Source: Syntrophomonas sp. (GTDB taxonomy: Bacteria; Bacillota; Syntrophomonadia; Syntrophomonadales; Syntrophomonadaceae). From it: a stretch of DNA of 64,000 nt. Of the stretch, positions 8,867 to 16,708 are shown piece after piece; within the stretch, counting starts at the first letter, position 1, and every line of letters begins with the position of its first letter. The translations under genes and the position numbers were made by a program. Under the pieces are notes generated by a model that was not told where the DNA came from, searched no databases, and was given only the letters and a program-made list of their open reading frames with translations. The stretch is taken from assembly GCA_016841875.1 (NCBI GenBank), contig JAENYG010000001.1:139247-203246 (forward strand). Reading direction: 5' to 3'.

Positions 8867-9255
8867 GCTTTCGCCTCACTCTCTAATCACCATTTCTTGG
8901 GCTTTCGCATATATTAAATTGGGCCTCCTGCTGAGATACCACACTATGGGCATACTCGAATAGGTTGCCTCCGGCCCCGGCTGTCACTGGCAGTCGGGGT
9001 TTAATTTGTGTAATCCCCTAATATTCCCCGTCCTTTTCTTAATATGGGGAGGCCGGGGGTGCAGCCTCCCCTGGAGAGGGAATGTAAGATGAAGGTGCTC
9101 AACCTCCCTCTATTGGGAGGAACGATAATTTCTGAATCATCAACCCTTATCTTTGAGGGGAAACCCGGCCTGCCGTGCATATTAAAGAACTTGCGGTCAG
9201 GCCAGCTGGGTACATTTGTTTAAGCAAAAGTTTGTGTTATAATATTGGTGTTAAT

Positions 9256-9735
9256 TTACTTGGCCGCCACGAGCGGTCTTTTTCTTTTTTCCATTAGTTC
9301 TGGTATGGATATCATTGATGCCGCAAATAGTTTTATCTCTTCGATTTTCTTTTCCAGGTCCATCAGGTCATCAAGTATGCTTTTAAATGTTGGAAGTTCG
9401 CTTTCATCTATCACCCCATCTTGTGCTATTGATATTAATTGAGGTCTAATTCGGTCAACTTCGTTATACTCATTCAACAGCCCCAAGACCGCAGAGCAAA
9501 GATTAATTGCTTCGGGTACGCTGTGGGCATAAATCTGCCCAATCGGACAATAATCTGAGCAGTATTTTGCAGTAAGGGTTGGGTCTGTATATATCTCTCC
9601 CATGCTTATGGCGACTTCGGGTGGTACGGTTGTCAGGTAATGTTCGTAGTTGTTAAGCGTTCTATTGCCTATATGTAGCCTGGATGATGCATCTTCTCTA
9701 CTCAAACCAGCTATATTTCGCGCACGTTTAAACAT
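9256..9735 (-). CDS. XRE-family HTH regulator with C-terminal helical domain
   Basis: N-terminal KRARNIAGLSREDASSRLHIGNRTLNNYE is HTH_XRE-like. 159 aa. Confidence 0.65.
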   Translation of the reverse strand: MFKRARNIAGLSREDASSRLHIGNRTLNNYEHYLTTVPPEVAISMGEIYTDPTLTAKYCSDYCPIGQIYAHSVPEAINLCSAVLGLLNEYNEVDRIRPQLISIAQDGVIDESELPTFKSILDDLMDLEKKIEEIKLFAASMISIPELMEKRKRPLVAAK

Positions 9736-9824
9736 TTCGTTATCCCTCCTTCCGCTGTAAAATATAAGATATAAGATTCCTCACTCCCTTCCTCCTCGGC
9801 TGCTGGCGCCGGTTGCCGGGGATA

Positions 9825-10088
9825 CTATCCCGCCTTTAGATCATCCTGCTCAAACTCTTTAAGTGCCTTGAATATAGCTGCAACATCAATGGGTTTGAAG
9901 TTCTCCGGGATGATGTAATCACTGACCATTCCAACAATGGTTTTGCCCTCCTGGTCGATAAAAGCCAGGTTATCCAGCCAACCCTCATTTGCTATAAGGC
10001 CTGGTTCCCACTCGCTGTCTTCTTCCCTCTGGAACAGACAGGGCTTGAGGGTTAATAGAGTGTTAAACTTGCTTTTTTCTGGCATCAT
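9825..10088 (-). CDS. hypothetical phage protein
   Basis: 87-aa ORF in the early operon. Confidence 0.4.
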   Translation of the reverse strand: MMPEKSKFNTLLTLKPCLFQREEDSEWEPGLIANEGWLDNLAFIDQEGKTIVGMVSDYIIPENFKPIDVAAIFKALKEFEQDDLKAG

Positions 10089-10431
10089 TGATCACCTCGC
10101 TTTCTGTTTGCTTTACCTCCGATTCATCTTGATCTAGCAGCCCGGCTTGTTTCATCTTCAATATGTCCTCTGCAATCCTGGGTGCACATACTTTTATCCA
10201 TGCACTGACAACCGGGTCCAAAACTATCACCTCCCACTTCCTTTACCTCCTATCTGCCGCTTTCTTGAAACCAAGCGCCTTCATGTAGGCTTCATCCAAT
10301 TGATCGCATATATTTGAAACCGGGCACTTCGGGCATTCGTTTTGACACAAGCGGCAGATTTCACCTTTGACATCGAAAGCTTTACCGAGTAAGGTTTTAG
10401 GTCATTAACCTTGTCGTCAATCAATTGCAGC

Positions 10432-10647
10432 TCACCCCGCTTTCTTAGCCTCTTCTTGATTCCTGCCTTCAGCCTCGTCTTTGCAATATTGAATAAACTT
10501 CTGATTTTTACTGAGCTTATCTGCATACAACTTGCCTAGAAAAGCCAGTTCAACTTGAGGATCTTCATCAGGCAGCAGTTCCACTTTTTCTTCCAGGACC
10601 TGCCCCTGGAGCGTTTTACGGATTGTATAACGAGCCATGGTAAGCAT
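10432..10647 (-). CDS. hypothetical phage protein
   Basis: 71-aa ORF, first gene downstream of the cro-like gene. Confidence 0.4.
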   Translation of the reverse strand: MLTMARYTIRKTLQGQVLEEKVELLPDEDPQVELAFLGKLYADKLSKNQKFIQYCKDEAEGRNQEEAKKAG

Positions 10648-10713
10648 TTGTCACCTCCTATTCACTTTTCAAAGAACCCTTTGTATTAACCACCCCCAAC
10701 CTGGTAAGACTGT

Positions 10714-10953
10714 TTATGAGTCGGTGCCGGTGGGGTGATAAATATATTCTTGGCGTTTAGCAAAGTTTTCGGGCATAAAAATATCATTAGGGTTCTTCTT
10801 TAAAATGGTTGCTATTTTAACAGCCATCTCAAAAGTAAGTCTCCTTTTACGGTTTTCAATTAAACAATACCCACTCTCAGAAATACCCAACAATTTACCC
10901 ATCTCGGCTTGGGTTAGCCCTGCTTCTTTTCTAAATAATTTTAGTTTTTCCAT
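10714..10953 (-). CDS. Cro-like XRE-family repressor
   Basis: LFRKEAGLTQAEMGKLLGISESGYCLIENRKR is an HTH_XRE motif. 79 aa, divergent from the CI-like gene. Confidence 0.85.
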   Translation of the reverse strand: MEKLKLFRKEAGLTQAEMGKLLGISESGYCLIENRKRRLTFEMAVKIATILKKNPNDIFMPENFAKRQEYIYHPTGTDS

Positions 10954-10971
10954 TTATCTTTCACCTCACTT

Positions 10972-11089
10972 ACTTTGCATATTGCCAAGTGTTGTATTAA
11001 ATATATATTCTTCTTGGCGCTTTGTCAAGTATTGCCGATGTAAAACTTTCTATTTTGCAAAGTGTATTTCTCTTTGCATTTTGTAAAGT
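10972..11089. promoter_or_regulatory. four 19-bp operators of the prophage genetic switch (consensus aCTTTGC-N5-GCAAAGt)
   Basis: Imperfect palindromes: ACTTTGCATATTGCCAAGT (10972..10990), TCTTGGCGCTTTGTCAAGT (11012..11030), ACTTTCTATTTTGCAAAGT (11045..11063), TCTTTGCATTTTGTAAAGT (11071..11089). Confidence 0.7.
11000..11028 (-). promoter_or_regulatory. early lytic (cro-side) sigma-A promoter
   Basis: On the minus strand: TTGACA (11028..11023), 17-nt spacer, TATATT (11005..11000). The -35 lies inside operator 2. Confidence 0.55.
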
Positions 11090-11117
11090 TATACTTAATA
11101 TGGAAAGGTGGTAAATT

Positions 11118-11873
11118 ATGACTTTTGGAAAAAGACTTCGTAATTTGCGCTTAGAAAAAGATTTAACTCAAGCTGAATTGGCCAGGCTTATGGGGCTTGG
11201 TGAATCCACAGTGTCTTTCTATGAGGCTGATAAGCGAAAACCAGATTTTGATACGTTAATTAAGCTGGCCGAACACTTTAATGTATCGACCGATTATATA
11301 CTTGGAATTAAGTCTTTATTAAATAAATCTATTCCAACAGTTCAGCTCCCCATCCTCGGTTCCATCCGCGCCGGCATTCCCCTGTTAGTAGAAGAAAACT
11401 ATGGTGGATATATAGACGTGCCGGAAGATATCAGGGCTGATTTTGTTTTAGAAGTAGTTGGAAATAGCATGATTGGGGCAGGAATTTTAGAAGGTGATTA
11501 TGTAGTATGTCGGGCTGCAGAGGAACCCCAGACCGGCCAGATCGTCGTTGCACTTAGAAACGAAGGCTCTATAAGTGAAGCAACAATCAAATTCTATTTC
11601 AATGGCAATGGGAGTCCATGCCTCAGGGCAGCAAACCCAGACTATTCAGACATAGACTACAAAGATGGTTATAGCTGCGCTGGCCACATGGTTGCACTGA
11701 TGCGAAAAGATGCACCAGGCTATCAGGTTTATAAAGAATATCTAGCGGTTAAGGATTCTGAAGAATGGACAGAGGTGATCGAGCTGGCCACATCGAACGG
11801 CTTAACACATGAACAAATTAAAAGTATCATTGAAGGTCAAGTAGAAATTGCTAAAAGGTTGAAGGGAAAATAG
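11118..11873 (+). CDS. CI/LexA-like phage repressor (HTH_XRE + S24 peptidase)
   Basis: N-terminal LRNLRLEKDLTQAELARLMGLGESTVSFYE and an S24 domain with GNSM (VVGNSMIGAGILEGDYVVCR). RBS GAAAGGTGG. Confidence 0.9.
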   Translation: MTFGKRLRNLRLEKDLTQAELARLMGLGESTVSFYEADKRKPDFDTLIKLAEHFNVSTDYILGIKSLLNKSIPTVQLPILGSIRAGIPLLVEENYGGYIDVPEDIRADFVLEVVGNSMIGAGILEGDYVVCRAAEEPQTGQIVVALRNEGSISEATIKFYFNGNGSPCLRAANPDYSDIDYKDGYSCAGHMVALMRKDAPGYQVYKEYLAVKDSEEWTEVIELATSNGLTHEQIKSIIEGQVEIAKRLKGK

Positions 11874-11895
11874 GCTTTAGAATAGGAGTAATAAA

Positions 11896-12351
11896 TTGAA
11901 GTTATTTTTTATTTTATTAATAATATCTATTTTCTTTATTTATTGGTTTTACTTGTCAATAAAAAAACATCTAGCTAATAGAGATGCTATAAAATTTAGC
12001 TACCTTGGAGGATACCCTGGCATTAAAGGCCCAAAAGTGGTCTTTCTTAGAGATTCTGGGAGTTACCTTGAATTTGAAGGAGTTAAAATTCCAAAGGCAT
12101 CTATAATCGATGTAAAGTTAGTCCCTCGTTCTGCGGTAGGTGGAGCTTTAGCTGGTGCAGCAGTGGGGGCTTTGGTTGCTGGTCCGGTAGGAGCATTGGT
12201 CGGTGGAGCTGCGGCAGCAGGTAGCCCTGGAGCCAATAATGTAATACAGCTATCCTATTCCAAAAATGATACCAATTATGAATTGTTCTTTACTGGTCCG
12301 AATATTCTTAATCAATATCCTTTACTTCAGGGGATGGTTCATAGACGATGA
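11896..12351 (+). CDS. membrane protein with Gly/Ala-rich segment (prophage moron)
   Basis: TTG start behind AGGAG. N-terminal TM helix, then GGALAGAAVGALVAGPVGALVGGAAAAGS. AT-rich codon usage. Confidence 0.5.
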   Translation: MKLFFILLIISIFFIYWFYLSIKKHLANRDAIKFSYLGGYPGIKGPKVVFLRDSGSYLEFEGVKIPKASIIDVKLVPRSAVGGALAGAAVGALVAGPVGALVGGAAAAGSPGANNVIQLSYSKNDTNYELFFTGPNILNQYPLLQGMVHRR

Positions 12352-12505
12352 ACTTTGCAGTAGCAAGCGTGTACATATGGTCGTCGCCACTGAAAGTAAT
12401 TAGCGTGCCTAATGTTCAGTGGAAGATGATTCAGCGGTTGAGAGGCAACGGGTAAAAGCACAGAACCTTATACGCTTGTATTGTTACAGGAAGGGTCTAT
12501 TAGTA

Positions 12506-12757
12506 ATGGCGAATTTTTTAATTAGAATAGCTGTATTAATATATGCTATTATCTTTATTTCGCGAATCTATAATAATGCCGAAAACTTATGGAAAATCAA
12601 ATCTCAAAGGGTGTCTTGGTGGGCAACAGAACCCGCACAAACAGATTATTGGATAAGACTAACGAAGGCATTAAGTATGGCAATGATCATCATATGCATA
12701 TTGCTTTTATTAATGAACATTATAGATTTCATAGAATTCAGCTGCTCTCCTCAATAA
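12506..12757 (+). CDS. small two-TM membrane protein (prophage moron)
   Basis: The internal ATG gives MANFLIRIAVLIYAIIFISRIY... plus a second TM helix, MAMIIICILLLLMNII. Confidence 0.45.
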   Translation: MANFLIRIAVLIYAIIFISRIYNNAENLWKIKSQRVSWWATEPAQTDYWIRLTKALSMAMIIICILLLLMNIIDFIEFSCSPQ

Positions 12758-12972
12758 ATAACAACGAAGGCTATGAATTCAAACGAGCCCTTATTAAACA
12801 GATGGGTAACGAGCATTTTCCCTGGGTGGTCCAAAATTTGACCAGCAAGTGGCCTACATTAACAACGAAATGGTTTATGCCGGAAGCATATCACATTTAC
12901 TATTGTCCATACTGCGGAACCTATATTGCCGGGAATGGCTACGGGAAACCGCCTGCAAGGAATAACGGCTAG
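12694..12972 (+). CDS. hypothetical protein (start uncertain)
   Basis: Only the C-terminal part of the 127-aa track ORF is free of overlap. It has a CPYCG half-ribbon and no convincing RBS. Confidence 0.25.
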   Translation: MHIAFINEHYRFHRIQLLSSINNNEGYEFKRALIKQMGNEHFPWVVQNLTSKWPTLTTKWFMPEAYHIYYCPYCGTYIAGNGYGKPPARNNG

Positions 12973-13172
12973 CTGGCGCCGCAGGATCTGATTAGTTTGG
13001 TTAATATTAACTTGAAGATGATTAAGAGGTTGAAGAGGTAAGACAAGACAAATAACCACCAAATGATATTAAACATAACCTATTAACTTCTTCATTAGAA
13101 GGTTTTTATAGGTGTTTTTTTACCGATGTCATTTTTTTTTGCTATGCTCAAATACCTTACCCGCTATACATA

Positions 13173-13236
13173 AAAAGCTCACCCCAGCATACACATATAC
13201 ACTATGGCGGTGTGCGGATGAGCTTTTACTTTTACG
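13173..13236 (+). terminator. putative intrinsic terminator closing the repressor/moron transcription unit
   Basis: Long imperfect hairpin AAAAGCTCAcccCAGCATACAC...GGTGTGCggaTGAGCTTTT followed by TTTTACTTTTAC. Confidence 0.45.
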
Positions 13237-13428
13237 TTTGTTGATAATATGTTAATGTCAATTAATAACCAGAATGATAGTTCTGGTCCGCATTTCACAA
13301 TCATTAAGCAGCCAGAAAGGTTATGTATCAATAATGTGGCTGTGATCCAACAAAGGATATTAATGATTATTCTACATTTCTCAAGAATAGCTAATTTATT
13401 ATATACTAGTCATGTGTTATCATAATAT

Positions 13429-15360
13429 GTGCCTCGAAATCTGAAAGGATGTTTCAGTTTGAAAAGTATTAATTATTCTGTTAAGGCAAAGGGACATACC
13501 CCTCAATATAGAATGCATAAATATTTTGCACGCCGACCATACAATGTTTTTCGTAATTTGATAGATTATTATACTCAACCCGGCGATATTATCTTAGATT
13601 GTTTTTGTGGTGGTGGTGTTACTATATTTGAATCACTCTATTTAAAGCGTAAAGTAATTGGTGTCGATATTAACCCATTAGCAACTTTCATAACATCTAT
13701 GCAAATTAAACAATATGATTTAAACGACCTTAAGGAGTATTTACACAATTTTATTGATGAAATAAAAGATAAATATATGTTTTTTTACAGGATCGATTTA
13801 GATAATGAATCTGGGATTTTAGAATGGACAGAATGGGCCTATGAGGTATCATGCCCTGAATGTAATTCAACTATTCCCCTAAGCTCCGATTATAAAATTC
13901 GCGATGGCATCTATAGATGCCCAAACGATCAGTGCACTAACAATTCCAAAGGAGTCAAGCGAACTAATTGCAAAGCTCAATCCAGCAGGCCGCTTCGCAT
14001 AAAATATATTTCCGATTCGACAAAACTAGCTATAATTAAAAACCTATCTAATCAAGAATCAGATAACATTATAAAAACAAAAAATACTAAATACATACAT
14101 GCCAATGATATTGTCGATGTGAATATAAAAATACCGCAAAATTGGGATAGGCAGTTTGAGGATTGCTTGGAGCAAAAAGGAATAATCACGTATAAAGATT
14201 TTTTCACAGACCGTAATTATATGGTAAATTTATTAATTTTTAATGATATATTGAAACTCAAGAACACTCTTCCACTCGACATCGTGAATTGTATTTATTT
14301 TATTTTTAGCTCTTCACTACGATATACAAACAACATGACACGAGTCACAGATAACTGGGAAGGTGGAAATCCTACTGCTATGGACAAACACGCTTTTTGG
14401 TTACCCAATCAATATATTGAGACAAACGCAATAAATATATTTGAAAAACGAGCCAAAGCTATTTTAGATGGATTAGCTTACACCAATAAACAAATACCAC
14501 ATAAAATAATTGAAGCATCTGATTTTGCACATCTGAAAGAAGATGCTGATTTTATGATATTAAACCAAAGTTCAAGTTATATACCTATACCGGATAAATC
14601 TGTAAGCGCCGTTATTACTGATCCACCATATGGTAGTAATGTGCAATACGGAGAACTGTCTACAATATGGAATACATGGTATATGAAATATAAGACTTTA
14701 GATTCATTTATTTATAATGATGAAGAAGCAGTTATAAACAGAAAAGCTAAATTCGAAGGTTCAAAAAATACAAAAACCTATGAAGAAATTCTTTATACAA
14801 TCTTTAAAGAATGCCATAGAGTCCTAAAAGATGATGGCTATCTTGTTTTTACCTTCAATAATAAAAACATAAAAGTATGGATGGCTATTCTTCGTGCTGT
14901 CGCAAGAGCTGGTTTTTATTTACCTGAAGATGGAGTAATATTTCAGGACTTTATTCAATCATATAAAAATACATCTCATCTAAAATACCCTGGTAACATT
15001 CATGGTGATTTTATATACTCGTTCAGAAAAATATATAAACAAAAACCAACGAAAACCTTTACAGACAAACTTGTTGATATTATTGATGATCGACTCAGAC
15101 AAACAATAAATGAATTATTTACAGAAAATTCATATTATTCCACTACAGTTCTATATCAAATGATATTTTCAAGTTTAGCAAACGTTTTGATGGAATATGT
15201 ACTAAGTGATATAACTCAATCTAACGAAAGTATTATATCGGAATATGAGAAATATTCTGATAAATATATTTATGAGACTTTGAAAAAGTATTTAATTTTC
15301 GATGGAGAGCATTGGTATACAAAGGGAGTATCTATTATATATGATAAAAACATTAAATGA
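13429..15360 (+). CDS. DNA methyltransferase M1, N6A/N4C class, motif I before motif IV, DPPY catalytic motif
   Basis: HKYFARRPYNVF then FxGxG (DCFCGGGVT) and GVDINPLA near the N-terminus. A Cys4 insert follows (CPECN...CPNDQC). Catalytic ITDPPYGSNVQYG at nt ~14611. An alternative TTG start at 13459 sits behind GAAAGGA. Very AT-rich. Confidence 0.8.
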   Translation: MPRNLKGCFSLKSINYSVKAKGHTPQYRMHKYFARRPYNVFRNLIDYYTQPGDIILDCFCGGGVTIFESLYLKRKVIGVDINPLATFITSMQIKQYDLNDLKEYLHNFIDEIKDKYMFFYRIDLDNESGILEWTEWAYEVSCPECNSTIPLSSDYKIRDGIYRCPNDQCTNNSKGVKRTNCKAQSSRPLRIKYISDSTKLAIIKNLSNQESDNIIKTKNTKYIHANDIVDVNIKIPQNWDRQFEDCLEQKGIITYKDFFTDRNYMVNLLIFNDILKLKNTLPLDIVNCIYFIFSSSLRYTNNMTRVTDNWEGGNPTAMDKHAFWLPNQYIETNAINIFEKRAKAILDGLAYTNKQIPHKIIEASDFAHLKEDADFMILNQSSSYIPIPDKSVSAVITDPPYGSNVQYGELSTIWNTWYMKYKTLDSFIYNDEEAVINRKAKFEGSKNTKTYEEILYTIFKECHRVLKDDGYLVFTFNNKNIKVWMAILRAVARAGFYLPEDGVIFQDFIQSYKNTSHLKYPGNIHGDFIYSFRKIYKQKPTKTFTDKLVDIIDDRLRQTINELFTENSYYSTTVLYQMIFSSLANVLMEYVLSDITQSNESIISEYEKYSDKYIYETLKKYLIFDGEHWYTKGVSIIYDKNIK

Positions 15361-16690
15361 AAACACTATATATAACTCAGGTAAATTAAACGACTACATA
15401 ATCAGCTTAGAAAAAAAATATAATATAGTAGACGAAGTTGATAAATACCATATGCTTGTAAACTTTTCAGAAAATATCGCAGTTCCTTTCCATAATTGGT
15501 TTCGATATCGAGAAGGTTATTCTTCCAAGCTCATTCAACATCTTATTGAATTAAGCAATATTAATAAAGGTGAAATCATTATCGATCCATTTTGTGGCTC
15601 CGGAACAACTATTGTTGAATCGATATTAAATGGCTACAATAGCATAGGTGTGGATGTGAATCCTATGTCAGCGTTTATAACCTCAGCAAAATCGGATATG
15701 TATTCCTCAGAAACATTAACGGAGTGTAAGAGTTTAATAAAAAACTTAGATAAATATCTTCCTAGTTCGTTACCCCTAGAATTATATGATGAAGTTAGAA
15801 AGTTTTTTAATACGGCTAATTTTATTAATCTTATTAGAATCAAATATTACATTGAAACCAAAATCGACAATCCACAGGCACAACAGTTATTTAAACTTTG
15901 TTTCTTATCAATAATTGAAGAATCATCAAATAGAAAAAGAGATGGTAATGGTTTAAAGACCATTCCTACAAAGATATATAACGTTAACCTATATTTCAAA
16001 TTAAAATTAAATATAATAATTAATGATCTTGAATCATTATCTAGAATCAATGATGTTTATGGAAAAGGCTATGCAGGAAGTTCCTTAATGCTAAGAGAAT
16101 TCGTTAACGATTTTGTGGATAAATATCCTGCAAATGTAGGGGCCATAATGTTTTCTCCACCATACCCCAATTCATTCGATTATTTTGAATCTTATAAGTT
16201 AGAACTTATATTAGGAGATTTTGCTTCCAATATAAAAGAAATAAATAAATACAGGGGGCAAGCTGTCTGCTCATTTGTTGGCAATAATGGTATTATAAAT
16301 AATAGTGATTATTACATCGATCTACTTGCAAAGGAGATTGAACAATCTATACCAATAAAAGAGCACCTGACCGGAAAACGTGATTCCCGAACTAGAAAAG
16401 TACCTAATATGATTAGAAGTTATTTTACTGATATGAATAATATAATCCAAGAATGTGCCGAGTGCCTACCTGAAGGAAAAAAATGTTTTATAGTGGTTGA
16501 TCAAAGTGCATACCTTGGGAAAATTGTTCCTACTGATCTGTTGTTGGCAGCCGGTGCGGAAAAATTCGGATTCAATGTTAAGAAGATCATCATTTGTCGT
16601 CGAGCAAAAACGTCTGGCCAGCAACTGCAAAGGTTTCCATATTTAAAAAATTGTTTACGTGAAAGTATTGTTGAACTAATAAAAACCTGA
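15341..16690 (+). CDS. DNA methyltransferase M2, same permuted order, SPPY catalytic motif (m4C-type signature)
   Basis: ATG 15341 overlaps the M1 stop region. FHNWFRYREGYS, then DPFCGSGTT and GVDVNPMS, and later MFSPPYPNSFDY. Confidence 0.8.
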   Translation: MIKTLNENTIYNSGKLNDYIISLEKKYNIVDEVDKYHMLVNFSENIAVPFHNWFRYREGYSSKLIQHLIELSNINKGEIIIDPFCGSGTTIVESILNGYNSIGVDVNPMSAFITSAKSDMYSSETLTECKSLIKNLDKYLPSSLPLELYDEVRKFFNTANFINLIRIKYYIETKIDNPQAQQLFKLCFLSIIEESSNRKRDGNGLKTIPTKIYNVNLYFKLKLNIIINDLESLSRINDVYGKGYAGSSLMLREFVNDFVDKYPANVGAIMFSPPYPNSFDYFESYKLELILGDFASNIKEINKYRGQAVCSFVGNNGIINNSDYYIDLLAKEIEQSIPIKEHLTGKRDSRTRKVPNMIRSYFTDMNNIIQECAECLPEGKKCFIVVDQSAYLGKIVPTDLLLAAGAEKFGFNVKKIIICRRAKTSGQQLQRFPYLKNCLRESIVELIKT

Positions 16691-16708
16691 AAACATTTTT
16701 CTAATCAT

